Shown here piece after piece: positions 11,387 through 23,489 of a stretch of DNA of 64,000 nt. The notes below the pieces were generated by a model. It made no database searches and was not told where the DNA came from. It was given only the letters and a program-made list of their open reading frames with translations. The DNA lies in assembly GCF_056712565.1 (NCBI RefSeq), contig NZ_CM160072.1; one strand, 5' to 3'. Every line of letters begins with the position of its first letter. The stretch's first letter is position 1. A program made the position numbers and the translations under genes.

Positions 11387-12976
11387 ATGACGTTGTCTCC
11401 TTATTTGCAAGAGGTGGCGAAGCGCCGCACTTTTGCCATTATTTCTCACCCGGACGCCGGTAAGACTACCATCACCGAGAAGGTGCTGCTGTTCGGACAG
11501 GCCATTCAGACCGCCGGTACAGTAAAAGGCCGTGGCTCTAACCAGCACGCTAAGTCGGACTGGATGGAGATGGAAAAGCAGCGTGGGATCTCCATCACTA
11601 CGTCTGTGATGCAGTTTCCGTATCACGACTGCCTGGTTAACTTGCTCGATACCCCGGGGCACGAAGACTTCTCGGAAGATACCTATCGTACCCTGACGGC
11701 GGTGGACTGCTGCCTGATGGTTATCGACGCCGCAAAAGGTGTAGAAGATCGTACCCGTAAGCTGATGGAAGTTACCCGTCTGCGCGATACGCCGATCCTC
11801 ACCTTTATGAACAAACTTGACCGTGATATCCGCGACCCGATGGAACTGCTCGATGAAGTTGAGAACGAGCTGAAAATCGGCTGCGCACCGATCACCTGGC
11901 CGATTGGCTGCGGCAAGCTGTTTAAAGGCGTTTACCACCTTTATAAAGATGAAACCTATCTCTATCAGAGCGGTAAAGGCCACACCATTCAGGAAGTCCG
12001 CATTGTTAAAGGGCTGAATAACCCGGATCTCGACGCTGCGGTTGGTGAAGATCTGGCACAGCAGCTGCGTGACGAACTGGAGCTGGTGAAAGGCGCGTCT
12101 AATGAGTTCGACAAAGAGCTGTTCCTTGCGGGCGAAATCACCCCGGTATTCTTTGGTACTGCGCTGGGTAACTTCGGCGTCGATCATATGCTGGATGGCC
12201 TGGTGGAGTGGGCGCCTGCGCCGATGCCGCGTCAGACCGATACCCGTACCGTAGAAGCGAGCGAAGATAAATTTACCGGCTTCGTATTTAAAATTCAGGC
12301 CAACATGGACCCGAAACACCGCGACCGCGTGGCGTTTATGCGCGTGGTATCCGGTAAATATGAAAAAGGCATGAAGCTGCGCCAGGTGCGCACCGCGAAA
12401 GATGTGGTGATCTCCGACGCGCTGACCTTTATGGCGGGTGACCGTTCGCACGTTGAAGAAGCGTATCCTGGCGATATCCTTGGTCTGCACAACCACGGCA
12501 CCATTCAGATCGGCGACACCTTTACCCAGGGTGAGATGATGAAGTTCACCGGTATTCCGAACTTCGCGCCAGAACTGTTCCGTCGTATCCGCCTGAAAGA
12601 TCCGCTGAAGCAAAAACAGCTGCTCAAAGGGCTGGTACAGCTTTCCGAAGAGGGCGCGGTGCAGGTGTTCCGTCCGATCTCCAACAACGATTTGATCGTT
12701 GGCGCGGTTGGTGTGCTGCAGTTTGATGTGGTGGTAGCGCGCCTGAAGAGCGAATACAACGTTGAAGCAGTGTATGAGTCAGTCAACGTTGCCACTGCCC
12801 GCTGGGTAGAATGTGCGGACGCGAAGAAATTCGAAGAGTTCAAGCGTAAGAACGAAAGCCAACTGGCGCTTGATGGCGGCGATAACCTCGCTTACATCGC
12901 TACCAGCATGGTCAACCTGCGCCTGGCGCAGGAACGTTATCCGGACGTTCAGTTCCACCAGACCCGCGAGCATTAA
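11387..12976 (+). CDS. prfC: Peptide chain release factor 3 (translational GTPase)
   Basis: ORF-track frame 11360..12976; ATG at 11387 gives [28 protein letters not shown] (G1 motif); DTPGH G3 motif present. Confidence 0.95.
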
Positions 12977-12986
12977 TTCTTGCCTC

Positions 12987-13020
12987 CAGGGCGCGGTAGC
13001 CGCTGCGCCCTGTCAATTTC
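12987..13020 (+). terminator. Probable prfC terminator hairpin
   Basis: GC-rich inverted repeat cagggcgc...gcgccctg (12987-13012) just after the prfC stop, followed by tcaatttc. Confidence 0.5.
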
Positions 13021-13368
13021 CCTTCCTTATTAGCCGCTTACGGAATGTTCTTAAAACATTCACTTTTGCTTATGTTTTAGCTGATATCCCGAGCGGTTTC
13101 AAAATTGTGATCTATATTTAACAAAGTAATGACATTTCTGACGGCGTTAAATACCGTTCAATGCGTAGATATCAGTATCTAAAGCCGTAGATTGTCATTC
13201 TACCGATATTAATAACTGATTCAGAGGCTGTAATGGTCGTTATTCATCACCCATCGCTTTTGTGATGGCGACCATTGACTTCTGTAGAGGGTGAAGTCTC
13301 TCCCTATTCAGCAATGCAACCTCGTGTTGCCAGGCTCAAATTACGAGCAAACATACAGGAATAAATCG

Positions 13369-13974
13369 ATGACTATGACAAGACTGAAGATTTCGAAAAC
13401 TCTGCTGGCTGTAATGTTGACCTCTGCCGTCGCGACCGGCTCTGCCTACGCAGAAAACAACGCGCAGACTACCAATGAAAGCGCAGGGCAAAAAGTCGAT
13501 AGCTCTATGAATAAAGTCGGTAATTTCATGGATGACAGCGCCATCACCGCGAAAGTGAAGGCGGCCCTGGTGGATCATGACAACATCAAGAGCACCGATA
13601 TCTCTGTCAAAACCGATCAAAAAGTCGTGACCCTGAGCGGTTTCGTTGAAAGCCAGGCTCAGGCCGAAGAGGCGGTGAAAGTGGCGAAAGGTGTTGAGGG
13701 CGTGACCTCTGTCAGCGACAAACTGCACGTTCGCGACGCTAAAGAAGGCTCTGTGAAAGGCTACGCGGGTGACACCGCCACTACCAGTGAAATCAAAGCC
13801 AAACTGCTGGCAGATGACATTGTCCCTTCCCGTCATGTGAAAGTTGAAACCACCGATGGCGTGGTCCAGCTCTCCGGTACCGTAGATTCTCAGGCACAGA
13901 GCGACCGTGCTGAAAGTATCGCCAAAGCGGTAGATGGTGTGAAAAGCGTTAAAAATGATCTGAAAACTAAGTAA
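13369..13974 (+). CDS. osmY: Periplasmic osmotically inducible protein OsmY (two BON domains)
   Basis: ORF-track frame 13291..13974; ATG at 13369 gives [28 protein letters not shown] signal peptide; 201 aa. Confidence 0.95.
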
Positions 13975-14100
13975 TTCGTCGTAATTCGACCTCCCGAACT
14001 TTGTCGGGAGGCGCGATGTGCACCACACTAAAAATATCGCATTGAGTGATTTTCACGCTCATATCAAGCGGTGACATTAACTATGGTAAAGGAGACGCTT

Positions 14101-14262
14101 ATGTTTCGTTGGGGCATCATATTTCTGGTTATCGCGTTAATCGCCGCCGCACTTGGGTTTGGTGGTCTGGCCGGTACTGCTGCAGGCGCAGCTAAAATTG
14201 TCTTTGTCGTCGGGATTATTCTGTTCCTGGTGAGTTTGTTCATGGGCCGAAAACGACCCTAG
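14101..14262 (+). CDS. ytjA: Small membrane protein YtjA (DUF1328)
   Basis: 53-aa hydrophobic product [35 protein letters not shown]...; AAGGAG Shine-Dalgarno 8 nt upstream of ATG 14101. Confidence 0.85.
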
Positions 14263-14293
14263 ATTTCAGACCATTAAGAAAATTTTATCCAAA

Positions 14294-14318
14294 GCCAGTC
14301 CAGCGGACTGGCTTTTGC
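14294..14318 (+). terminator. Rho-independent terminator after ytjA
   Basis: Inverted repeat gccagtc-cagcg-gactggc followed by ttttg. Confidence 0.6.
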
Positions 14319-14383
14319 GGTTTTAGCGAATAATAAATTGCGTTACTTTGTCATTCTTTCACAACAAAAACAGGAAGGCAGAG

Positions 14384-15457
14384 GTGGGGCAGCGAATACC
14401 TGTAACGCTTGGTAATATTGCGCCGTTGTCGCTAAGGCCGTTCCAGCCTGGACGGATTGCTCTGGTGTGCGAAGGCGGCGGACAACGTGGAATTTTCACG
14501 GCTGGCGTGCTGGATGAGTTTATGCGCGCGCAGTTTAATCCTTTCGATCTTTATCTCGGCACATCTGCCGGGGCGCAGAACCTCTCGGCGTATATCTGCA
14601 ATCAGCCCGGTTACGCGCGCAAAGTCATCATGCGTTACACCACAAAACGCGAATTTTTCGATCCATTGCGCTTTGTCCGTGGAGGAAATCTTATCGATCT
14701 CGACTGGCTGGTGGAGGCCACCGCAAGCCAGATGCCGTTGCAAATGGACACCGCAGCGCGGTTATTTGACAGCGGCAAATCGTTTTATATGTGCGCCTGT
14801 CGTCAGGATGACTATGCGCCGAATTACTTTTTGCCAACTAAACAAAACTGGCTGGATGTGATTCGCGCCTCCAGTGCGATACCTGGCTTTTATCGTAGCG
14901 GAGTGTCGCTGGAAGGTATTAACTACCTGGATGGTGGGATCAGTGATGCGATCCCGGTTAAAGAGGCGGTAAGGCAGGGAGCAAAAACGTTGGTCGTCAT
15001 CCGCACTGTGCCGTCACAAATGTACTACACGCCACAGTGGTTCAAACGCATGGAACGCTGGCTGGGTGACAGTAGCCTGCAGCCGCTGGTCAATCTGGTG
15101 CAGCATCATGAAACCAGCTATCGTGAGATTCAGCAATTTATTGAGAAACCACCGGGCCAGCTGCGGATATTCGAAATTTATCCGCCGAAGCCATTGCATA
15201 GTATTGCGCTCGGCAGTCGGATTCCGGCGCTGCGTGAAGACTATAAACTTGGGCGTTTATGTGGGCGTTATTTTCTGGCAACGGTCGGTAAATTATTGAC
15301 TGAAAAAGCGCCGCTGAGCCGCCATCTGGTGCCGGTGGTGACGCCGGAGTCGATCGTTATTCCGCCTGCGCCAGTCGCCAACGATACGCTGGTTGCTGAA
15401 GTGAGCGACGCTCCGCAGGCGAACGACCCGACATTTAACAATGAGGATCTGGCTTGA
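14384..15457 (+). CDS. yjjU: Patatin-like phospholipase-family protein YjjU
   Basis: ORF-track frame 14348..15457; GTG at 14384 gives MGQRIPVTLGN...; oxyanion-hole motif CEGGGQRG and GTSAG serine nucleophile motif. Confidence 0.9.
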   Translation: MGQRIPVTLGNIAPLSLRPFQPGRIALVCEGGGQRGIFTAGVLDEFMRAQFNPFDLYLGTSAGAQNLSAYICNQPGYARKVIMRYTTKREFFDPLRFVRGGNLIDLDWLVEATASQMPLQMDTAARLFDSGKSFYMCACRQDDYAPNYFLPTKQNWLDVIRASSAIPGFYRSGVSLEGINYLDGGISDAIPVKEAVRQGAKTLVVIRTVPSQMYYTPQWFKRMERWLGDSSLQPLVNLVQHHETSYREIQQFIEKPPGQLRIFEIYPPKPLHSIALGSRIPALREDYKLGRLCGRYFLATVGKLLTEKAPLSRHLVPVVTPESIVIPPAPVANDTLVAEVSDAPQANDPTFNNEDLA

Positions 15458-16233
15458 TTTGCCGTTTTATCGACACCCACTGCCATTTTGATTTCCCGCC
15501 GTTTAGTGGCGATGAAGAGGCCAGCCTGCAACGCGCGGCACAAGCGGGCGTAGGCAAGATCATTGTTCCGGCGACAGAGGCGGAAAATTTTGCCCGCGTG
15601 CAGGCGTTAGCGGAAAAATATCAACCGCTGTATGCCGCATTGGGCTTACATCCTGGTATGTTGGAAAAACATAGCGATGTGTCTCTTGATCAGCTACAGC
15701 AGGCGCTGGAAAGGCATCCGGCGAAGGTGGTGGCGGTGGGGGAGATCGGTCTGGATCTCTTTGGCGACGATCCGCAATTTGAGAGGCAGCAGTGGTTACT
15801 CGACGAACAACTGAAACTGGCGAAACGCTACGATCTGCCGGTGATCCTGCATTCACGACGCACGCACGACAAACTGGCGATGCATCTTAAACGCCACGAT
15901 TTACCGTGCACTGGCGTGGTTCATGGTTTTTCCGGCAGCCTGCAACAGGCCGAACGGTTTGTGCAACTGGGCTACAAAATTGGCGTAGGCGGGACTATCA
16001 CCTATCCACGCGCCAGTAAAACCCGCGATGTCATCGCAAAATTACCGCTGGCATCGTTGTTGCTGGAAACCGACGCACCAGATATGCCGCTCAATGGTTT
16101 TCAGGGGCAGCCTAATCGCCCTGAACAGGCCGCCCGTGTGTTTGCCGTGCTTTGCGAGTTACGACCGGAACCGGCGGATGAGATTGCCGAAGTGTTGCTT
16201 AATAACACCTATACGTTGTTTAACGTGCCGTAG
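15454..16233 (+). CDS. yjjV: TatD-family metal-dependent hydrolase YjjV
   Basis: 259-aa ORF from TTG; N-terminal IDTHCHFDF TatD motif; overlaps yjjU stop by 4 nt. Confidence 0.9.
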   Translation: MICRFIDTHCHFDFPPFSGDEEASLQRAAQAGVGKIIVPATEAENFARVQALAEKYQPLYAALGLHPGMLEKHSDVSLDQLQQALERHPAKVVAVGEIGLDLFGDDPQFERQQWLLDEQLKLAKRYDLPVILHSRRTHDKLAMHLKRHDLPCTGVVHGFSGSLQQAERFVQLGYKIGVGGTITYPRASKTRDVIAKLPLASLLLETDAPDMPLNGFQGQPNRPEQAARVFAVLCELRPEPADEIAEVLLNNTYTLFNVP

Positions 16234-16448
16234 GCCGGACAAGGCGTTTACGCCGCATCCGGCCGTTGGCGCACAATGCCTGATGCGACGCTGACGCGTC
16301 TTATCATGCCTACAAGTCTGTGCCGAACCGTAGGCCGGATAAGGCGTTCACGCCGCATCCGGCAGCTGGCGCACAATGCCTGATGCGACGCTTGACGCGT
16401 CTTATCATGCCTACAGGTCTGTGCCGATCCGTAGGCCACATCCGGCAT
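16231..16448. repeat. BIME/REP cluster: ~100-bp unit tandemly duplicated with a third partial copy
   Basis: taggccggacaaggcgtttacgccgcatccggcc...tgcctgatgcgacgctgacgcgtcttatcatgcctacaagtctgtgccgaaccg (16231-16330) is repeated with a few substitutions at 16331-16431, then a fragment taggccacatccggc; each unit contains REP-type palindromes. Confidence 0.8.
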
Positions 16449-16449
16449 G

Positions 16450-17313
16450 TCACAAATATAGCGCCGGAAATATTAACCGGCTCACCCCGCGCTCCCGTAA
16501 CGCATCAGCCAGTTGTTCCACATCCTCCGGCGTGGCGCTCGGCCAGCTTTGCGCCTCGCCATACACGCCGTGGGCATGAAACGCGTTCAGGCGTACCGGA
16601 ACATCGCCAAGTCCCTTGATTAACGCCGCCAGTTCTTCGATATGTTGCAAATAATCCACCTGGCCAGGGATTACCAGCAAACGCAGTTCCGCCAGCTTAC
16701 CGCGCTCTGCCAGCAAACAGATGCTGCGCTTGATCTGCTGATTATCGCGTCCGGTTAATTGCTGATGACATTCGCTCCCCCACGCTTTGAGATCGAGCAT
16801 TGCGCCGTCACACACCGGGAGCAATTTTTCCCAGCCGGTTTCGCTCAACATGCCGTTACTGTCCACGAGGCAGGTGAGATGGCACAGTTGCGGATCGTTT
16901 TTGATGGCAGTAAACAGCGCCACCACAAACGGCAACTGGGTCGTGGCTTCGCCGCCGCTTACCGTTATCCCTTCAATAAACAGAACCGCTTTGCGGACAT
17001 GGTTAAGCACCTCGTCCACGCTCATGGATTGCGCCATTGGCGTAGCATGTTGCGGACACATCTTCAGGCAGGTATCACATTGCTCGCAGACAGCCGCGCT
17101 CCACGCCACTTTGCCGTCGACAATCTGCAACGCCTGATGCGGACACTGCGGCACGCACTCTCCGCAATCATTACAGCGCCCCATCGTCCACGGATTGTGA
17201 CAGTTTTTGCAGCGCAGATTGCAGCCCTGCAAAAACAGAGCCAGACGACTGCCTGGCCCGTCAACGCAGGAGAAGGGGATAATCTTACTGACTAAAGCGC
17301 ATCTGCTGTTCAT
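16450..17313 (-). CDS. yjjW: Glycyl-radical-enzyme activating enzyme (radical SAM) YjjW
   Basis: 287-aa ORF; radical [11 protein letters not shown] near N-terminus plus two ferredoxin-like clusters [12 protein letters not shown] and [12 protein letters not shown]. Confidence 0.9.
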   Translation of the reverse strand: MNSRCALVSKIIPFSCVDGPGSRLALFLQGCNLRCKNCHNPWTMGRCNDCGECVPQCPHQALQIVDGKVAWSAAVCEQCDTCLKMCPQHATPMAQSMSVDEVLNHVRKAVLFIEGITVSGGEATTQLPFVVALFTAIKNDPQLCHLTCLVDSNGMLSETGWEKLLPVCDGAMLDLKAWGSECHQQLTGRDNQQIKRSICLLAERGKLAELRLLVIPGQVDYLQHIEELAALIKGLGDVPVRLNAFHAHGVYGEAQSWPSATPEDVEQLADALRERGVSRLIFPALYL

Positions 17314-18835
17314 GGCTTATCACGCGCGGCTGGCGTTCCAGAATACGAGTGTTGCGTGCGGCTTCTTCTCCCAGCCAGGTGGTGTTGGTGCGTGAACCTT
17401 CGGCGCGATATTTTTCTAAATCCGACAAACGCACCATATAACCGGTAACGCGAACCAGATCGTTACCGCTGACATTGGCGGTAAATTCACGCATTCCAGC
17501 TTTAAAGGCACCGAGGCAAAGCTGTACCAGCGCCTGCGGATTACGTTTGATGGTTTCGTCGAGCGTCAGAATGTCGCTGATGCCGGAATAATAATAAGCA
17601 TGATGCGGGGCGACAGTTTGCAGATGGGTAATCGGATCTGGCTCATCACCATACGGCAAACGCGCGCCCGGCGTGGTGCCGATATCGGAACTTATCCCCG
17701 ACTGTGCGTGTAACATGGCGCGTTTTTGCCAGCCATATTTCACGGGGGTATTGGCGACAAACTCCGCCAGTTGCGCGCTAATGCGATAACCCACTTCATT
17801 TGCGGCGGCCTCTTTACCGTAGCGTGCGGCAATCCCTTCTTTTTCACACAGCAAGTTAACCGCTTCCGCCAGCCCATACATGCCAAACATCGGCACAAAA
17901 CGTTCAGGGTTAATCAGCCCTTCTTTCACCAGGAAGCTATTCTCAAAGAAGTGTGATTGTTGATAGAGGAATTCACACCGCGCATCGATGATGGCGATCT
18001 GCTGTTGGCAGTAGTGCGGTAGAGTGCGCGTAAAGAAGTCCTCCAGCGATTCACTGCGCTCGGCAATGGCTTTCAGGTTTAGGCGTACCAGCGTGCTGCC
18101 ACCACCCGCCAGCGGCAGTGAGTTGTAACAGCTCACAATCCCGTAGCCCCCTTTTGTGAAAATTTTATCATGCACCGGACCGTTGGCGATGTGCGGTTTG
18201 CTACATTCACAGATGTTTTTCGCCACTTCCAGCAGCAGGTCATCAGGGGTGATATCAGGATCGTAGATAAAGGTCAGGTTCGGTGAAACCTGCTTCAGCT
18301 CTGCGTCTGCACGTAATATCGCACGGGTAATGGGCGAATCAGACGGGCCGATATTGGCATGCATAAAGGCGTCTGGCAGGGTTCTGTCGAGGTAACGCCA
18401 GAAACGTTTTATTCGAATATCGATCTCGTCTTGTGTTAGAATTCTAACATACGGTTGCAACAACGCATCCAGTTGCCCCAGGTAGACCGGCATCGATGTG
18501 ACCGACGGTACATGGTGGTAAAGAATGGTCAGCAGAGAGAGTGCGTCATCAAGGTCTTTCGCGCCTTCCAGCTCCAGCCATTCGGAACCGTTGGCCAAAA
18601 AACGGGCGTAATCGGGTAAGACATAGCGCGGTTTGTACGGCGCATGACCTTCAAACATATCGCAGATTACCCCCTCATCCAGCGCGCGGCGGGCTTCGGC
18701 AGGCAGCTGTGGGTAAGGCAGATTGTTTTCTGCTTCCAGTGCCAGAAAATGGCGCTTCTGCTCCGGGCTAAGTACCGGGCTGGTGACAATTTGCTGGCAA
18801 CGTTGTTGCAGTGCATTTTCATGAGAAGTGGGCAT
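17285..18835 (-). CDS. yjjI: Glycine-radical-enzyme-family protein YjjI (DUF3029), substrate unknown
   Basis: 516-aa ORF; C-terminal region contains RVTGY resembling the glycyl-radical RVSGY motif; 29-nt overlap with downstream yjjW. Confidence 0.85.
   Translation of the reverse strand: MPTSHENALQQRCQQIVTSPVLSPEQKRHFLALEAENNLPYPQLPAEARRALDEGVICDMFEGHAPYKPRYVLPDYARFLANGSEWLELEGAKDLDDALSLLTILYHHVPSVTSMPVYLGQLDALLQPYVRILTQDEIDIRIKRFWRYLDRTLPDAFMHANIGPSDSPITRAILRADAELKQVSPNLTFIYDPDITPDDLLLEVAKNICECSKPHIANGPVHDKIFTKGGYGIVSCYNSLPLAGGGSTLVRLNLKAIAERSESLEDFFTRTLPHYCQQQIAIIDARCEFLYQQSHFFENSFLVKEGLINPERFVPMFGMYGLAEAVNLLCEKEGIAARYGKEAAANEVGYRISAQLAEFVANTPVKYGWQKRAMLHAQSGISSDIGTTPGARLPYGDEPDPITHLQTVAPHHAYYYSGISDILTLDETIKRNPQALVQLCLGAFKAGMREFTANVSGNDLVRVTGYMVRLSDLEKYRAEGSRTNTTWLGEEAARNTRILERQPRVISHEQQMRFSQ
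18434..18449 (+). promoter_or_regulatory. DeoR operator O1 (deoP1), lying inside the yjjI coding sequence
   Basis: Perfect 16-bp palindrome TGTTAGAATTCTAACA; exactly 599 bp upstream of the second copy at 19033. Confidence 0.8.
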
Positions 18836-18929
18836 CTTCTTTTCCTTTTATGCCGAAGGTGATGCGCCATTGTAAGAAGTTTCGTGATGTTCACTTTGAT
18901 CCTGATGCGTTTGCCACCACTGACGCATT

Positions 18930-19030
18930 CATTTGAAAGTGAATTATTTGAACCAGATCGCATTACAGTGATGCAAACTTGTAAGTAGATTTCCTTAATT
19001 GTGATGTACATCGAAGTGTGTTGCGGAGTA
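18930..19030 (+). promoter_or_regulatory. deoP2 upstream region with CRP/CytR-type half-sites
   Basis: TGTGA-like half sites (agtgaattatttgaacc; aattgtgatgtacatcgaagtgtg) upstream of O2. Assignment to CRP/CytR rests on recalled deoP2 architecture; exact sites not resolved. Confidence 0.4.
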
Positions 19031-19032
19031 GA

Positions 19033-19048
19033 TGTTAGAATACTAACA
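19033..19048 (+). promoter_or_regulatory. DeoR operator O2 (deoP2)
   Basis: Near-perfect palindrome TGTTAGAATACTAACA, 45 bp upstream of the deoC ATG. Confidence 0.8.
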
Positions 19049-19092
19049 AACTCGCAAGGTGAATTTTATTGGCGACAAGCCAGGAGAATGAA

Positions 19093-19872
19093 ATGACTGA
19101 TCTGAAAGCAAGCAGCCTGCGTGCACTGAAATTGATGGACCTGACCACCCTGAATGACGACGACACCGATGAGAAAGTGATCGCCCTGTGTCATCAGGCC
19201 AAAACTCCGGTCGGCAATACCGCCGCTATCTGTATCTATCCTCGCTTTATCCCGATTGCTCGCAAAACGCTGAAAGAGCAGGGCACCCCGGAAATCCGTA
19301 TCGCTACGGTAACTAACTTCCCACACGGTAACGACGACATCGAAATCGCGCTGGCAGAAACCCGTGCGGCAATCGCCTACGGTGCCGATGAAGTTGACGT
19401 GGTGTTCCCGTACCGCGCGCTGATGGCGGGTAACGAGCAGGTTGGTTTTGACCTGGTGAAAGCCTGTAAAGAGGCTTGCGCTGCGGCGAACGTACTGCTG
19501 AAAGTGATTATTGAAACCGGCGAACTGAAAGACGAAGCGCTGATCCGTAAAGCGTCTGAAATCTCCATCAAAGCGGGTGCTGACTTCATCAAAACCTCTA
19601 CCGGTAAAGTGGCTGTGAATGCGACGCCGGAAAGCGCGCGCATCATGATGGAAGTGATCCGCGATATGGGCGTAGAAAAAATCGTTGGTTTCAAACCGGC
19701 GGGCGGCGTGCGTACTGCGGAAGATGCGCAGAAATATCTCGCCATTGCAGATGAACTGTTCGGTGCTGACTGGGCTGATGCGCGTCACTACCGCTTTGGT
19801 GCTTCCAGCTTGCTGGCAAGCCTGCTGAAAGCTCTGGGCCACGGCGACGGTAAGAGCGCCAGCAGCTACTAA
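19093..19872 (+). CDS. deoC: Deoxyribose-phosphate aldolase
   Basis: ORF-track frame 19069..19872; ATG at 19093 gives [25 protein letters not shown] (259 aa); first gene of the deoCABD cluster. Confidence 0.95.
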
Positions 19873-19949
19873 GGCTTGATTTGCCGGATGATGCAGCGAT
19901 GCTCATCCGGTTCCCCGATTACCTCGTCTCTTTTCCACGGGAGGTTACC

Positions 19950-21272
19950 TTGTTTCTCGCACAAGAAATTATTCGTAAAAAACGTGATGGTCATGCGCTG
20001 AGTGATGAAGAAATTCGTTTCTTTATCAACGGCATTCGCGACAACACTATCTCCGAAGGGCAGATTGCCGCCCTCGCGATGACCATTTTCTTCCACGATA
20101 TGACAATGCCTGAGCGTGTCTCGCTGACCATGGCGATGCGAGATTCAGGAACCGTTCTCGACTGGAAAAGCCTGCATCTGAATGGCCCGATTGTTGATAA
20201 ACACTCGACCGGCGGTGTCGGCGATGTGACTTCGCTGATGTTGGGGCCGATGGTCGCTGCCTGTGGCGGCTATATTCCGATGATCTCCGGTCGCGGCCTC
20301 GGTCATACTGGCGGTACGCTCGACAAACTGGAATCCATCCCTGGCTTCGACATTTTCCCGGATGACAACCGTTTCCGCGAAATTATTAAAGACGTCGGCG
20401 TGGCGATTATCGGCCAGACCAGCTCACTGGCTCCGGCGGATAAACGTTTCTACGCGACCCGCGATATTACCGCAACCGTGGATTCAATCCCGCTGATCAC
20501 CGCCTCTATTCTGGCGAAGAAACTGGCGGAAGGTCTGGACGCGCTGGTGATGGACGTGAAAGTGGGTAGCGGCGCGTTTATGCCGACCTACGAACTCTCT
20601 GAAGCCCTTGCCGAAGCGATTGTTGGCGTGGCTAACGGCGCTGGCGTGCGCACCACCGCGCTGCTCACCGATATGAATCAGGTACTGGCCTCCAGTGCAG
20701 GTAACGCGGTTGAAGTTCGTGAAGCGGTGCAGTTCCTGACGGGTGAATATCGTAACCCGCGTCTGTTTGATGTCACGATGGCACTGTGCGTGGAGATGCT
20801 GATCTCCGGCAAACTGGCGAAAAATGACGCCGAAGCGCGCGCGAAATTGCAGGCGGTGCTGGACAACGGTAAAGCGGCAGAAGTCTTTGGTCGTATGGTC
20901 GCGGCACAAAAAGGCCCGACCGACTTCGTTGAGAACTACGCGAAGTATCTGCCGACAGCGATGCTGACGAAAGCAGTCTATGCTGATACCGAAGGGTTTG
21001 TCAGTGAAATGGATACCCGCGCACTGGGGATGACAGTGGTTGCAATGGGCGGCGGACGCCGTCAGGCATCTGACACCATCGATTACAGCGTCGGCTTTAC
21101 TGATATGGCGCGTCTGGGCGACCAGGTAGACGGTCAGCGTCCGCTGGCAGTTATCCACGCGAAAGACGAAAACAGCTGGCAGGAAGCGGCGAAAGCGGTG
21201 AAAGCGGCAATTAAACTTGCCGATAAAGCACCGGAAAGCACACCAACTGTCTATCGCCGTATCAGCGAATAA
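19950..21272 (+). CDS. deoA: Thymidine phosphorylase
   Basis: ORF-track frame 19881..21272; TTG at 19950 gives (M)[25 protein letters not shown] (440 aa). Confidence 0.93.
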
Positions 21273-21302
21273 CGGTATACTGATCTGATCATTTAAATTT
21301 GA

Positions 21303-22547
<1,245 letters not shown>

Positions 22548-22603
22548 TGGATTTGGGCGGAGCAGTGACTCCGCCTTTAATATGTCACAAAAAGGATAAA
22601 ATG

Positions 22604-23323
22604 ATGGCTACTCCACACATTAATGCAGAAATGGGCGATTTTGCTGACGTAGTTTTGATGCCAGGTGACCCGCTGCGTGCGAAGTATATTGCTGAAACTT
22701 TCCTTGAAGATGCCCGTGAAGTGAACAACGTTCGCGGTATGCTGGGCTTCACTGGTACTTACAAAGGCCGCAAAATTTCCGTAATGGGCCACGGTATGGG
22801 TATCCCGTCCTGCTCCATCTACACCAAAGAACTGATCACTGATTTCGGCGTGAAGAAAATTATCCGCGTTGGTTCCTGTGGCGCTGTTCTGCCGCACGTA
22901 AAACTGCGCGACGTCGTTATCGGTATGGGTGCCTGCACCGATTCCAAAGTTAACCGCATCCGTTTTAAAGACCATGACTTTGCCGCTATCGCTGACTTCG
23001 ACATGGTGCGTAACGCGGTAGACGCGGCAAAAGCACTGGGCGTTGATGCTCGTGTTGGTAACCTGTTCTCCGCTGACCTGTTCTACTCTCCGGACGGCGA
23101 AATGTTCGACGTGATGGAAAAATACGGCATCCTCGGCGTGGAAATGGAAGCGGCTGGTATCTACGGCGTCGCTGCAGAATTTGGCGCGAAAGCCCTGACC
23201 ATCTGCACCGTGTCTGACCACATCCGCACTCACGAGCAGACCACTGCCGCTGAGCGTCAGACCACCTTCAACGACATGATCAAAATCGCGCTGGAATCCG
23301 TTCTGCTGGGCGATAAAGAGTAA
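22604..23323 (+). CDS. deoD: Purine nucleoside phosphorylase
   Basis: ORF-track frame 22547..23323; ATG at 22604 gives [34 protein letters not shown] (239 aa). Confidence 0.95.
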   Translation: MATPHINAEMGDFADVVLMPGDPLRAKYIAETFLEDAREVNNVRGMLGFTGTYKGRKISVMGHGMGIPSCSIYTKELITDFGVKKIIRVGSCGAVLPHVKLRDVVIGMGACTDSKVNRIRFKDHDFAAIADFDMVRNAVDAAKALGVDARVGNLFSADLFYSPDGEMFDVMEKYGILGVEMEAAGIYGVAAEFGAKALTICTVSDHIRTHEQTTAAERQTTFNDMIKIALESVLLGDKE

Positions 23324-23355
23324 TTGTGTTTTGCTGAAAGGCGATTGTCGTGTGA

Positions 23356-23386
23356 AGCCGGAGTGGGAGACTGCTCCGGCTTTTTA
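23356..23386 (+). terminator. Rho-independent terminator of the deo operon
   Basis: Hairpin agccggag-tggga-gactgctccggct followed by ttttt, 33 bp after the deoD stop. Confidence 0.75.
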
Positions 23387-23489
23387 TTATCTATTCATTT
23401 CTCTCTCCAGCTTGAATATTTTCGCTATACTTTTCAGTGAAATGTGTTAATAAATCTATTCAAGTATCTATTCACGAATCTATTCATTA

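Noticed and set aside
11123-12613. 496-aa minus-strand ORF antisense to prfC (and similar long antisense ORFs inside deoC, deoA, deoB, serB, ettA, rob)
   Set aside because: Each overlaps a well-supported conserved gene on the opposite strand and has Arg/His/Val-rich composition typical of antisense read-through.
17556-17575. Candidate third deo operator (OE) about 878 bp upstream of O1
   Set aside because: Only a weak half-site resemblance (gtcagaatgtcg) at the expected distance; not reported as a feature.
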